64,000 bases of DNA from Vicugna vicugna (taxonomy: Eukaryota), in NCBI GenBank assembly GCA_013265495.1, contig MU058844.1, positions 7,377,260-7,441,259 on the forward strand, in the 5' to 3' direction. Below are positions 1 through 13,624 of this stretch, piece after piece. The position numbers were made by a program, and so were the translations under genes. The notes under the pieces are model-generated. The model had not been told where the DNA came from, made no database searches, and saw nothing but the letters and a program-made list of their open reading frames with translations. The stretch's first letter is position 1; each line of letters begins with the position of its first letter.

Positions 1-59
1 TATAGACTCTTTTTCATCCTTCCACACCGTTTAAAACCTAAACCTGAAAGATTTTACCC

Positions 60-216
60 TTGAAGAAGAGTGGAGTAATGACAAAAAGGGATCTTCTGGA
101 GTTTTATAAATATTCTGTTTCTTGATATTGATTGATTAAACAGTTACATTCAATTTATGAAAACTGATGTGTACATTTATAATTTGTACACTTGTATGTG
201 AATGCTATGATTCAAT
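60..216 (+). mobile_element. Ancient L1 (L1ME-like) 3' end fragment
   Basis: 'gggatcttctggag...atattctgtttcttgat...tgtacatttataatttgtacact...gctatgattcaat' resembles the L1ME 3' terminus. Confidence 0.6.
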
Positions 217-1199
217 GCAGTTGAATGCAAAACAAACCAAAAAATGAACAAAAAGCTATGGATAACTGTAAATTCAAAAATGATTTCATAAAGCTTTCTT
301 CTATTTCAGCCTTTTAATCCTTTTTATATAGAGTATTTTCATTTTCTAATCTACTCTATTACTAAAAATGAATGAATGGAAGTATAAAATTTTTCATCCT
401 GAATTATTTTGAAAATGTCATTGTTTTTAATTTACCCAAATCTGACACCATTAAACTAGTACATTACCCCCATGAGAAGGAATAGAAAATTCAGAAAAAC
501 TTTGCTCATATCAAAGGACAAGCCAAACTACATTTTGGTTTAAACTATCAATATTCATAAAGAATATTGTGTCCATAATAGAAGCAGGATTGTCATCACA
601 TTAAAATCAAAGGCTGGATCTCTTATTTTTAAAAATAAAGAGGAAATTAGATCTCCCAAAAGAATAAGCTGGAAAAGAAAGTTTACCATTTCTATTTGTA
701 TAATTTACAAAATAATTTCAAAGAAAGTATTTGATTTTAGACTTATACAAAAATGTGTGTTATAGATCTTATGACCACAGTTACCTTATTGGTGAAATAT
801 TTCCTACTACCTCTAGGTAAATACCTTACATTGTCTCTGGTTTGATCTCTGGGATCTTATTTACATTAATATTTAATTACCATTGTTGTTAATTTCATAC
901 CAAACACATGTAGGACTTACATGTGGAGCTCTGAATCTACAGGCACTCCAACAGCAAACTTGCAATCACTTTATTTAACAGCATTGCACTGAAGGAGAAA
1001 GTTCATAACCCATTTGGCTTTACCAGGGGTGAGGCTGCTAGCCCTGCCCTAAATTGACTTTCAACTCACCCCAGTTCAAACATTAGCACCTTGAAGGCCT
1101 CCCCCCAAATACAGGGAACGATGTTTTGGTTCTTGAATTTTTATTACTCCTTTGGAAATTTAGACTGCATGTAGGTGTTAGGGGAAAATTTTTAAACTT

Positions 1200-1318
1200 G
1201 AATTTGTTTAACTAGTCAACAAATTTCTGAATTCCTCTTGTATGCCAGGTTCCACCCTAAGTTATAAATGTACAAAGATTGCTAAGACATAACCCCTTGC
1301 CTTCAAAGAACTCATGGG
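1200..1318 (-). mobile_element. L2 3' end fragment
   Basis: 'tcaacaaatttctgaattcctcttgtatgccagg...ccttgccttcaaagaactca' is a typical L2 tail in reverse orientation. Confidence 0.55.
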
Positions 1319-1392
1319 ATTGTTTTTTTTTATTTTAATACAGGATCATTCAGAAAATAAACCTGACAAAATACTTAGTTAAAAAGACATCC

Positions 1393-1879
1393 CCTGTACC
1401 TATAACTCTGTTTCAGTTTTGTTATACTTGTACATTTGTTTTGGTTTTTAGATCCTAAATATAAGTGAAATCATACATTATTTACCACACAGTATTTGGT
1501 GGTCGCCAGAGGGGAGGAAGGTAGGGGGAGGAAAGAAATAGGTGAGGAAGATTAAGAGGTACAAACTTCTAGTTGCAAAGTAAGTGAGTCATGGGTATAA
1601 AATGTATGTGTGGAATATAGTCAGTGACTATGTAATATATTTATATGATGACATATCATAACTAGACTTATCACGGTGATCATTTTGAAATGTATAGAAA
1701 CAGCAGATCACTGTGTTGTGTAACAGGAACTAACATAGTGTTGTAGGTCGGTTATACTTCAAAAACAAAAGAACTCATAGAAAAAGAGATCAGATTTGTG
1801 GTTACCACAGGTGGCAACTCCCGGAGGTGGGGGATGAGGGAAAGGGGAATTGACTCTTTTTTTTTTTAATTAAAAAAAG
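1393..1879 (+). mobile_element. Short L1 3'-UTR insertion with 5' inversion
   Basis: 1393-1484 is antisense L1 3'UTR and ~1498-1853 is sense L1 3'UTR ('ggtggtcgccagagggg...gaggtacaaacttctagtt'); flanked by the direct repeat aagacatcc (1384-1392, 1880-1888). Confidence 0.8.
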
Positions 1880-2800
1880 AAGACATCCTCTTTTCTATCC
1901 ATGACTCCTTTAGTCTTTTTCATTCTTCAAAAAGAATAAGAGACAATTAAACATAGGTGTAAATGTTTGTGTGGTGGTTGCGACTGCATGCATTAATCTT
2001 TCTGGAATTCCAAGTTACTGTCATCCCCACTATTCAGTAAAGCATGCTGTTTGTAGGCTTCTGTCACTGAAGACTTCTGCTTCCGGACAGGTGATGCGGA
2101 AAACCCAGCCCCTTTTCAGATCAGTGGATGATTCTAGGTAAAAACAAAATATAGTAGACATTGTGATCCCCAGGGAGAACTCAGCATATGCCCTATGTAA
2201 AGGCCAACATCAGTTGTAGTCAGTGTCTTACCCATACCCCCAAGCTCTGGCTTCTCTGCTTTTATACATGAGCAAGCCAGTCAGATCGCATTGGAAACTC
2301 TTTATCTGAAATTCTTCTGCCAGGAGATCCACTGGCAGACAAACTGCAGTTGATAGTGATTGCTTTTAAATAGGAATCTTACATAATTTCAGATACATTT
2401 TGTGAATAATACCAAATGCTCTTATGCAATTGACAAGTTCAACCTTAGGTACATCACTGACAAAATAGCTGAAGAAAACAGCTAAAATTTAAGTGGAAGA
2501 GAAATATGTATTTATTAAGATGAACATCTCATTAATCACACACTTTGGAAATGTGTTTATTATAGATGCAGATTCTCTTCGGATTCTCTACACTATATAT
2601 CACTAACGTATATATGTAAGAAATGCATTTTTATATTTATGTTTTCCTGAAAGACAGAGAGTATAAGAGGCTATTCAGTATTTGTCAAAACAATTTGCAC
2701 CCTACACTCTAGGCACCAAACTGCATATGTTTCCTGAATCTGGCTCCAGCTCATCCTGGGCCTTCTGCCTGGAAACACATTCTCTCCCTGCAGCATCAAA

Positions 2801-2822
2801 CACACACACACACACACACACA
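2801..2822. repeat. (CA)11 microsatellite
   Basis: Read directly from sequence. Confidence 0.95.
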
Positions 2823-4969
2823 CCCCATGATTTTTTCTGCCTTGTAAACTGTGATTCCTCATTCATTATCATAAGCATCTTGTAGTTGGTTGGTTTGTTA
2901 ATCTTTTAACTCCTTACTTAGCAGTGAACCTTGCATAACAGGTGATCAATGAAAAGTAAATAAAGGAAGAAAGGAAGGACAGACGAAACCAATTTACAGA
3001 ATATATTCAGTAAAACATTGTGATAAGGATTCACAATATCACAGTATTTAGTTCCCTTAAGTAACAAATTTGGGGATTCTGGACCACATAAACTCTAACT
3101 AATAAGGGAACAAGAACATTTTCAATTATCACTAATTTATGAAGAATCCAAATATTGAAAACAATTCTAAACATGAAATAAAAGCACTATGTGAAATCAT
3201 CATAGTAGAACATAACTCAAATCTGATATCCGTTGTGGGAACCTACAGAGTATATGCATGAGTCTATGTTTTATATATGAAAGAGAAATAAGTGACACTA
3301 TAGAGATTAAGGCTTAAGGTATGTAAACTTTCCACAAAGAATGAATTTCCAGCAATGATAAGACTCTATAAAACTTTTCTTGGCATGATGAAAGGACACT
3401 TACAATTTTAGAAGTCACAGCAGGAAAAAAAGATTAGCAGTATAAGTGAACACATAAAATCAAGTTAAGCATTGCAAGTCACGTGCACATGGCAGCTTTT
3501 TAGTTAAAAAAATATTAAAAATCTGGGCTTAAAGAAAAATTGCCTTTTAAGCTTACAGTCAAAACTAAAAATACCATAGAGTTTATGAAATGTTTCCTTC
3601 TTTCTTATGTGAACTTAATGGTTTTGAAAAAAAAATATGTAGACTCTTTATGTTTAAAATTGTATTTTTGGAAAAAGTCACGGTACCTTATTGACATATA
3701 TAAGTGACTCAGACTATGTGTCATTAATATACATAATGTTTTACTATTGTTTAAAAAACAGAATTTGACTTCTCTTGTTTGTAACTTATTTATTGTTGTC
3801 AGTGTAAGAAAAACCCCTGGGGAAAGCAAATGAATTTTGGAGATTTGCTTTTTGCTTTAAAGTTATCCCAGTTTTTTTTTTTTTTTCCTTCTCATCTACT
3901 TTTCTTTCTGAATCGTGGTGTTTTTGAGATTCACATCTAATAGGAACTCATTACTCTCTGATTTCCTTTATTTGTTTCCATATGCCGGGGTCCCCTGGGC
4001 CATGTAAATTATTTTAAAAATACATCTAGAATGTTTCTATTGTTAATAGGTGCCCAGTGTCTCCAGATCCTACCTAAATCTATGTCATTTACATCTATTC
4101 CCCATGGAACAAAATCATGTTTTTCTTCTCTTAAAAGAATATTACAGTTGTCCTCAAATGTGGCCTCAGTTGAACAGCTCTGGAGATTCAAGTGTCCCAT
4201 GAATAAAACCAAGGAAAATATATGCTTATTATTCCCCGCTGGATATTATGGACACAACATTTTAAGGTCAAATAGTTCCTGAAATGGAACATTTGGGAAA
4301 GACTCAAATATTTCAGTGATGGAAAAATATTCAAATTAATTACATAACTGATGTGTTTCTCTGCAGCTTACTTTTTCATATGTCCTTGTTATTTAAATGT
4401 GCTACCATTTGCTGAGATTTTATGAAAGTGAAATGTTTTTATTCAAACCACATATTTTCTTTTGCACCTTAAAAAAACAACAAAACATCATCAAAAATAA
4501 TAAAAGTAAAAGAAAAATACTGACATACACTGATGTTATACTGAAAGCTGGAAACTAGCTTATGAGCCTATGTTACAGTATGGTACATCCTACATGAGAA
4601 ACCACTTCGTAAAGAAGAAAGCGGAGTAGCAGAGGGGTTTAGAGATGGGAGTCCCAGAGTCAACAGGCTGTACTGAAAACAGCCGAAGTTCATGGGACTT
4701 GGTGTCCTGGATACTGGCCTGGACTCTGTGGTATCCAAAGTGCCATCATCAAGAAACAGATAAAGCAATAATCGGCTATATACCTTATCAAAACATCAAT
4801 TTATATATTGAGATCCATATTTTGTCTACACCAAGGTCTAACCTATTGAAACCTTTACTAGGATATTGTGCCTGCTTCAGAAAGCTAGTTCATTTACTCA
4901 TCATGCGGCTGATTCTCCATTTTTCATTCATAGTTTTGCAGATACTTGGAAGTATTTTAAAATATAATA

Positions 4970-5318
4970 TAGTCATCCCTCAGAATTCATGGAGTATTGT
5001 TTCCATAACCCCCATGAATATCAAAATGTGTGGATGCTCAAGTCCCTAATATAAAATGCTATAATGTTTGCCTACAACCTACAACACATCCTCTAGTATA
5101 CTTTAAATCACCCCTAGATTAGTTATACTACCTAATACATAGTAAATGCTATGTAAATATTTGTAAATGCAATGTACATACTATGTAAAAATTTGCCTGT
5201 GCACAGCAAATTCAAGTTTTGAATTTTGGAACTTTCTGGAAATTTTTTTTTTAATCTTTTCCATCTGTAGTTGGTAGAACCCATAGGTGCTGGAGGCATG
5301 GATACAGAGAGCTGACTG
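4970..5318 (+). mobile_element. MER2/MER2B non-autonomous TcMar-Tigger DNA transposon
   Basis: Termini 'tagtcatccctc' and 'gagagctgactg', TA on both sides, diagnostic 'ggatgctcaagtccctaatataaaatg' and 'ctttaaatcacccctagatt'. Confidence 0.9.
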
Positions 5319-5669
5319 TAGAAGTGTATCTGTACATAACCACACTGTAAAATCAAATGATGCCTCCGTTCTTCACACTTAGCGTTCAGCAAATTTTTTC
5401 TTGACTCTTAGTCATTTGTTGGTGAAAACTCTTTTCACTTATTTACTTCATCTTTATCTTTTTTTCTCTCTTTATGGAATTAAAAAGGAAAAGTCAAACA
5501 AAGGAGAAAATAAATATTTGTGATACTTAACACTTGAATATGATTAGTTTTTTAATGTGTTTTCTTCAGGTCTTTTCCTTGGTACAAACATTACATTATA
5601 AGATTAAAATGATAAGGAAAAAAAACCTTTATATTCTGCTTCTGGTGGCGGTGGAGTGGTGGCAGGAGA

Positions 5670-5900
5670 GGTTGGTAGAGCATATGGGCTTAGGGGCTCC
5701 ACTCCCGGCGCTGAGACGTGGCTGAATTTTAGAAGCTGCGAAGCCTTATGTGACCTTGCTCGTAAAGCCTTATGTCTTCTTGATTGTAACATTGTGAGGA
5801 TAAATGCATTATATTATATATGTGTGTGTGTGTGTGTGTAAGGTTGTTAGCACAGTAAGCACTCTACATATGAAAATACGATAGCTATCATTATTATTAT
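5670..5900 (+). mobile_element. Degenerate MIR SINE with internal (TG)n at 5821-5839
   Basis: 'tgtgaccttg...ttgtgaggataaatg...ttagcacagtaagcactc...agctatcattattattat'. Confidence 0.55.
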
Positions 5901-6659
5901 TTTCCCTATCATTACAACATATTTCTGCCATTAAATATGTGTTGAAAACATACAGAAAACCTGCAGAATAATCTATCAAATGCTTAGATATACTTTATTA
6001 AGCACCCTGACGTGCCTGTGTATAAAATTTAAATTGCATTTAGTTCATCATTATTTTAAATAATTTTACATTGATAGACTTGCATTCGTCTTAATTATCA
6101 CCTCAAGGTAAATTACTAAGAGTTACATCTGCTCATTTATTATCTATTCTATTCCACTTTTTCAGTTGGTCAGTTTTAGTATCAGAACTATAGTCTTTTA
6201 ATTACTACAGTGTTTTAAATGTTTTCAAAATACATATTCATCAGATTAGATTCTCTATCCTTATTTTCCAGATGTTTTTTGGGCATCTTCCCTTGAGGTT
6301 TTCCTACTATGTTCTTATAATTATTTTATGTCCTCTGTATATAATCATCCTGATTTCTAACAATCTATATTTTCTCACTTCATTCTTTTTCATTATTTTT
6401 ATCACTCAATTTGTTGAAAACATATTCATCGTTTGATGATCAGGAAGCAATATGCTACACATCTTATATGCTATTTTGATAATTTTTATGTTTATACAGA
6501 CATATTACTAGACTGCAATTATGTCTAGGGGACTTCTTGATGATTTTTATTTCATTGTGACCCGTTATAATAATTTTAATTTCAAATAGTGAGAAGTAGG
6601 AACTTAGCATTTTCCTGCAAAATGACTGATTTTCAGGAATAGGTTCAAGGGGACATACC

Positions 6660-7220
6660 TTAGGTGTAACATCCTGTCGTGTCTCACTGCATCCACTGCT
6701 ACTTGCCGATCCAAGGTACTCCCGGTTCTGCCCTGAAGTAATGCTGGAGCATCATGCTTCCAAACTTGCCCCTTTAGCTTGATCTCAACCTAGCAGCCAT
6801 AGTGATTGTTTTAAAATACAAAATTAGTTACCTGTACCTCTGCTCAAATATTACTTTGGCCTCCCATTTCACTCTAAAATCCAAAATTATTGCTTAAGTC
6901 ATCTAACTCCTATGCCTTTTTTGACCTCATAATCTAGTATTCTTAATATTCTCCTCTAAGGCAGCCTTGCTGTTTGTGAAACAGGCAAAGAACTCTGTTT
7001 ACTTGGAGACTTCATGCTAGTTTTTCATTGTCTGAAGTGTGAATCCCTCAAATATCCACATACTTCCTTCCTCAATTCCAAGTTTATTCTCAGATGATAA
7101 TCAAAGGCTAAAACTTTCCTTGTCCACCCAACATAAGTAACACCCGTTTCACCATCATTCCATACGTCCTTTACCTGCCTTTATTTTAATCCATAACATT
7201 CATTACTATCTGACCACATT
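6660..7220 (+). mobile_element. L2a LINE fragment (upstream part)
   Basis: 'cagccatagtgattgttttaaaatacaaatt...ctctgctcaaa...cccatttcact...cctgcctttatttt...ccataacattcattactatctgac'. Confidence 0.75.
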
Positions 7221-7639
7221 TGTTTCTATTTTAACGCAAATTAAATATTCATTAAAGAATTTTGAAATCTACAAAATCGTACTCCAAAACAAAGATTCTT
7301 AGGGAAAAAATGTTAAGAGCAAATACTCAAAATCTATATACCTTTTTAACTGAAGCACTAACAAAGATTATATTATTATTAGAAAAATACCAAACGTGTT
7401 CTGAAAGATATTTAGAACTCTAACAAATAAAATGACTGTTAATAAAATGTTTTGCCATTAAAAGTGAAGGCATCTTTGATGTCAGGGGGTGTAAAAGAGA
7501 CTCAAACCTCCAAATTATGGACCAAAAAATGCACAAATATTCTGAAGAAATGAAAAATGAGTACTTTGACAAGAGTGAACATGGCCAAACTAAGGCAAAA
7601 GAAAGAAGATGACAGTTGGAATTCATGGCATATTGAACT

Positions 7640-8050
7640 TAGCTGCATTAATCTGTTTTTCATTTGTCCGCTTAGTTATTATTTCTTGCTGCTGTTTCCA
7701 TCCTTTCATAATCTCCTCAGTAATGCAGGTTTTGGGCCTCTGACAACTGCATTTCTCCTTTCCTACCTGGCTTCCCCGTATGTTCATCCTACAGGAAGCA
7801 CTAAAAGAAGGCTTGAAGATAAGAGGAAAGAGAGTCCTTGCTTCTTGTTTGCTCGCTCATCCTTTCAGCATGAACCTAGCCAAGGCAGTTTCCTGTGATA
7901 ATGGCAGTGGTTTCATTTACCAGCTTCTTGTGGTGCTCACAGAACCAGCTCACTGAGCCCCTTGTGAGATGCCAGCACCTTTGGGACATATCACTTTCTC
8001 AGTGGGCTCCATGGTGCCTTTTCCCTGAGCTCCTGAGATTCTAGCAATAG
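7640..8050. mobile_element. Old ERVL-type LTR fragment (LTR33/LTR41-like)
   Basis: 'ctgcatttctcctttcctacctggcttccccgtatgttc...aggaagcactaaaagaaggcttgaag' resembles the LTR33/41 core; locally higher GC. Confidence 0.45.
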
Positions 8051-8064
8051 CAGAACATGGTAGT

Positions 8065-8232
8065 TAATATCTGCTTATTTATTTATTGTTTACCTCTTCC
8101 CACTGGAATATAATCTTCATAAGGGAAAAATGTTTTTTTCCTGTTGTTTTCACTCTTAAAACCTAGAGCCTATTAGAGAGACTACATTCAAGCACAAAGG
8201 ACGCTCAATGAATATGTGTTGATAAGAAAATG
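8065..8232 (+). mobile_element. L2a 3' end (continuation of 6660-7220)
   Basis: 'tttattgtttacctcttcccactggaatataatcttcataaggg...gctcaatgaatatgtgttga'. Confidence 0.75.
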
Positions 8233-10339
8233 CTATCAAAAAAGCCTCCTCCAAACCTCTCACCATGTGTGTACAAAAGCACCTATTTACTTAGTGCTCA
8301 ATTATGCATCATGGTGGTTCCACCAGCTACCATGTTCTTAAGGAATACAAAATCAATGATAACACTAACTGACATATAATCAGCTGAGAAGGGAAATCTA
8401 CTGGGAGAAAAATACAAAGTGACATTTTCAAAGCCAAGTCAGGTAATTTGTTTCAGCACTGTTGTTGTTTGCGATTAATTTTCTGTAGCTTTTATTTGCA
8501 CAGACAATTAAATCTGTGAATTTAATTGGTTTCCTTAAGATAGAACTAAAGAAAATGAGTTGCTTCTGTAAACTAAAATTGATGTTTCTGTGATGTTAAA
8601 ATATTGCATAGTTTTAAAGGATTTTATAAAATCTGTCGATAGATGTTTACTTCTATTAGAACAATTTTAAGATTAAATTATTCTCTATAAATATTATTGA
8701 AATATATGAATTTTTATTAAAAATATACATATATAGAAATATATATTCACTTCATAAAATACCCCTGGCATAGGGGAAAAAATTGGGGGAAAGGAAAAAT
8801 GAATTTCTAATTTAAAATTTCTAATGCTTTATTCCATGGTTACTCAGGTTACAAATAAGTACTAGATAGATAAAACTGAAGAAAATAGTTTCAGTTGGTA
8901 GTTGTATATCAAAGTAGCCATTGATTTGCCTTTTTAATTGAGGTGAGACAGTTAATATCATATTAGCAGATGGACATTCAAAGGTTAAACTTTACTCACC
9001 AGGGAAGCATATGAAAAATGGGCTGCATATTTGATAAAATCCAATGTCTGACTTGACTGTCAGTTTTTTTGAATTTTTCAGTCAAAAAATATATTTAGTA
9101 ATTTTAATTTTTAAAATAATAGCAATCAATTCTATACATTCTGGTAAACTGAGGAGTTCACCAGAAAGGTACCTTTACATAAATTTCTTCAAACTTAATG
9201 CTGAAATTAGAGGTAAAGATAATCACACATTGCTACATTTGAGTTACCATAGTACAAGACTATTATCTCCTATTTTCAGGTCAGTTTTAGGATAGTACCA
9301 TTTTTAAAATAGAATTATAATTAATGCAAAGTAGCTTGGTTAGACTAACTCTCATAAATAATAAAATCTTTCTGAAAAACTGTGAAAATTAATAGTTATT
9401 TGAAGACAGTACAGTGTAACTGAAAGAAGGTAGAAACCAAGAGGATATTAAAAATATGAAGGGTTTAAGTTATACTGATTCTGTTTCTTATTCTTTTATT
9501 GAAATTAGAAATAATATAAATTTCATGTTAGTATGAATTTAGTTACAGAGAAGTTGGTCATCTCAAAAAACAGTTGATTTTACATTGTTTTAATTTTATT
9601 ATGTACTATAAATTTCACAAAAGTTAATGTAGTTTTTTAAAGAATCCATTTCCTAAAACATGAGTTATTATGCCACTTATGAAAGGAAACAAAAGAAAGA
9701 ATTCGGTAAATGCTAATTTAGGCAAGTGAGGAATGTCAATTTAGTTTAGAACAATAATAATTCCTCAGCTTCTAAATTGTTAACATTCATGGACTTTGCT
9801 TCCTGGGGTTTCATATTCAATGATCTTCCAATATATTGCTCAAAAGAGACATGAATCTCAGGAAATTGTTTTCATAATTAATCATAAATTATACTTGCTA
9901 CTCTAAAGGCAGTGATCTGTAAAAATTTAATTAAGAAATGAATAGTGCCAAGTCTCAATCCTGATTCAATGGTTCTTTGATTCATTTGTTCTATTGTATT
10001 TATTTAAATAAATGTCTTGGTGATAAAATAGAAAAATATCATAGTGACTGCCTCAAAGATTTAACTCTTTCTTATTCCGTTTAGAATTACCTACTGAGAA
10101 GTTGTTAATATCATGTAATTGTCAAGATCCAAGTCTTACCAACATCTCAGTATGGAAAAGAGGTTATCATACTACACTAGGAAACAGTCATACCACTGCC
10201 ACTTAACTGTAGTTTTTTGAAGTTCAAAACTATGTCTCAAACTTAGTTTACTGCTGATAAACTTAGCACAGAGCTCCACTCATAGTTAAGATTTGAGAAA
10301 TTAATAATGAATTAATGAACTATGAGTACGAGGTTGACC

Positions 10340-11150
10340 CAGTGATCTTTGTACAATGATAGTTACTGGAGCATCTACCACAAAATACACATAAGCACGA
10401 GTGTTGGGACTATAGAAATGAATGATATATTTGACTAACTCAGAGGTAATGGGAAATATAAAGACTTGCCTCTCCCCTGACCTTCTGTTCAATGTTAACC
10501 GTACAGTTCCGACTGCTCAATTTCTTCTTATCTTTTAGAGTTGTCCGTGAAAGTTCACATGATGAGGAATTTCAGGGTGTAATGCAGCAAGTTGTCACAG
10601 CCTGTCTTAGAAAGTGTGAGGGAATGTGACCTTCAGAAAGTGACATCTATGCTGAGATATAAAGATTGACTCTAGTTTTAAATACATCACATAGAGTGAG
10701 GAGGGCAGTGTTAAAATGCTCAAGACAGGGGGAAATGAAGACGTGAAAAAGAAAGTGAATCATATGTTATGATAATTGAAAAACATTGAAGCGTGCTAGA
10801 ACATAAAGGGAGGAGTCCTAAGAGATAAGACAGAATGAAATCAAGGCAACAGTTACACAATTAGTGTTTTGTACTTTAGCTTAAGATCACTGGAAAGTCA
10901 CTATAAGTTATTAAGCAAAGAATGGCAGGAACAAACTCAGATTTGCATTTTCAAATAAATGAGTGATCAATATGAATAAAATTGAGGTTGGTGAGACTAG
11001 AGGCTAAGAGACCAGTTAGAAGACAATTGTATTGATCCAGGCAGGAAGAAGTGGCCTTCTGAGTGGTGTTAGTAAGGAAGGAAGAAGGAAGAAATTCAAT
11101 AAGAGAAGGTATTTAGAGGGAAGACTTGACAGCATTTTATTTTTTGATGC
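10340..11150 (-). mobile_element. L2 LINE fragment
   Basis: 'gaaagtgacatctatgctgagat...ctcagatttgcattttc...gagactagaggctaagagaccagttagaagacaattg...atccaggcagg'. Confidence 0.7.
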
Positions 11151-12037
11151 CAGAAACAAATAAAACAATTTTAAAGATTAGAGAGTTATCACTCAAACTC
11201 ACCTTATCTGAGAAGATATTTGAAGTTGTTTACAAAAATATATACAAATGTTAACATAACTACAGCAATTAAGAGAGATAATTTCACAGTGTGGGCCAAG
11301 ATATACCTTTTTAAGTAGCTGAAGTATTTTTTTTCCATAAATAAGTCAATTAATAAATTTGTGTTTGTGTTAGTCAGCTATCAATAGCTAAGCATTGTGG
11401 TAATTCACAATGGATTCTTGCTCAAAAGTAGATGATTATAAAATTAAATGATTAAGATAAGATCCATGACAATTTGAGGTAAAAATATAAGAAAATAAAT
11501 GATAGATATTTTCACTAAATAGACATTTATTGAGTGCCTGTAAGATTCAATACATTACAGGATCTGGACTATAAAAATAAAAGTTATGACAGTATATGTA
11601 TTTTAGTGAAAGTATATACATATAAAATGAAGAAAATCAATTTTGCCATCTATATCTGAAATTAGATAGTAACATCCGATTAATGTAATTCAGAAGAAGA
11701 AATAAGCTTAAAGTTTTGAATAATAGCATTGTACCTTCAAACTTTGTCATATCCCTTGTCCAATTGATTGAAATTTTTTTAATATCCTAAATTTAAGTGG
11801 TCAAATGTGTCCGCATTCATATTTAGAATTCTTCTGGTTGGACAATCATTGAGTAAGATTATTGCTCAAGCTGAAATAATTAATTTCATCAAACTCACTG
11901 TTAGGCTGATCTGAAATGAAAATATAAACATTTACTTTTAAAGTCTAGGGATTTATGACTTAACATAATAGCTAAGGAATTATATATCTGAAAATTAATA
12001 TATTTTTAAAACTTAATCAAAAATTTTGAAAAAAATC

Positions 12038-12210
12038 TGTCTTAGTCTGGGTTACTCTAGAACCCAGATTGCTAGACAAAGACTTGAATGCAAGTAGTTG
12101 ATTTAGGAGGTAATGGAAAAACTTTTTGAGAAGTTAGAATTAAGTCAAGGAAGGGAAAGCAGCAAATAATGACAGCAAAATGGTTGCATTATCAAAACAG
12201 TTACCACTAC
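12038..12210. mobile_element. ERVL LTR fragment (LTR16/LTR33-like)
   Basis: 'tgtcttagtctgggtt...gacaaagacttgaatgcaagtagttgatttaggaggt...ggaagggaaagcagc...cagttaccact'. Confidence 0.65.
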
Positions 12211-12401
12211 ATTAAGTGCTTAATGTTTAAAAAAGAAAACAATAAAACACTTAGAAAAAAATTTAAGAGTATATATATGGTACCTAAGATTTGAGAAGAT
12301 AACTTTAAGTCTGAAATCCTATAAGCTGTAATAGAAAAGGCATCCTTATATGAATATATAAACAAAATTTTAAGTTATGTAGTAAAAGATGCTAAATCAA
12401 A

Positions 12402-12556
12402 AGAAAATATATGGAATATCTTGTAATAAACTTTAATGAAAAAGAATATGAAAATGAATATATATGCATGTATATGCATGACTGGGACATTGTACTGTAC
12501 ACCAGAAATTGACACATTGTAACTGACTGTGCTTCAATTAAAAAAAAAGAAAAATA
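12402..12556 (+). mobile_element. Camelid-type L1 3' end with A-rich tail
   Basis: 'gaaaaagaatatgaaaatgaatatatatg...ctgtacaccagaaattgacacattgtaactgactgtgcttcaattaaaaaaaaa'. Confidence 0.85.
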
Positions 12557-12779
12557 AATAAGAAAGTTTTCACTACAAGTGGTGGATAATGTATTAATAC
12601 CTATGTTACTCAAAAGTATCTGTATACTGAAACTATAAAATAGCCTGATAGAAAATTGTACAAATTAACAATTCAAAGAGCTACTTTCAATAAGTATACC
12701 AGATGATGTTGAATCACTCTGTAAGTAGGGGACAAACTGATTTAAGAAAAAATTAAAGTAATAATGAAAGCTGACTTAT

Positions 12780-13350
12780 TACCAGTAATAAAAGAAACGT
12801 CAATAGCTAATAATACTGATGTCTGGCATTAATAAGTGGAAAGACGAACTTTCATATACTACTCATAGAAATTTGAATCATCTCAACTGAAACAATTTGG
12901 CAATATCAATTATAGTCAATTATAGCTAAAATAAGTACCTTCTTTATTTCAGTGCTCCCGTTCATGAGCATCTATCTTATAAAAAATAAAAGCACCAATA
13001 TGCACAAAAATGTAAAACATTTGTTGTAGAATTGTTTGTTGAAAACAAAAATTATAAACAACGTGAATGCCCATCAACGGGGGAAGGGGTGAAAAAAGAC
13101 TGTCCATTATTGAGTAAAATGGAATAGTTCCCTCTTAAAATACTTATATCTATGCCATTGACTTGAAGATATTTTAATGAGGTAATTTTAAAGTTAGGCA
13201 AAATGTTGCTTGAGCAACATACGATATATTGCTGTTGCAAAACAATCACACTAAATCTGATTTTGTGTTTATGTGTGTGACAGTTTTTGTGCATGATTAT
13301 ATATAGAAATGTGCAGAAGGAAACCCACTTACTTGTTTCCTGTGGGTGGG
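12780..13350 (+). mobile_element. Ancient L1ME fragment
   Basis: 'aacaatttggcaatatc...catctatcttataaaaaataaaagcacc...aaacaacgtgaatgcccatcaac...aatggaatagt'. Confidence 0.6.
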
Positions 13351-13505
13351 AATCAATTAGGTTAAGAAAGCAAATAAAAATGACTTTAAAAATTTGTCTA
13401 TTATCAAAATAGCACAAATGGTCTCCTACAAAGATATGTGTTGAATATGGACATAGAAAATCAGAACAATACACTAAATAACAAACTTTACTTGTATTTA
13501 AGTAG

Positions 13506-13594
13506 TTTTTGTTTTTGTTTTTTTACTTTTTTTAATTGAAGTATAGTCAGTTTACAATGTTGTGTCAATTTCTAGTGTACAGCATAATGCTTCA
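13506..13594 (-). mobile_element. Camelid-type L1 extreme 3' end
   Basis: T-rich tail then 'aattgaagtatagtcagtttacaatgttgtgtcaatttctagtgtacagcataatgcttca'; reverse match to the element end at ~12480-12545. Confidence 0.85.
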
Positions 13595-13624
13595 AACATG
13601 TCGATTTTTCTTCTTATTGTTTTG

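Noticed and set aside
8993..9060. Minus-strand exon ending at CTG|GTGAGT
   Set aside because: Good donor but no upstream pyrimidine tract or acceptor; peptide unrecognised
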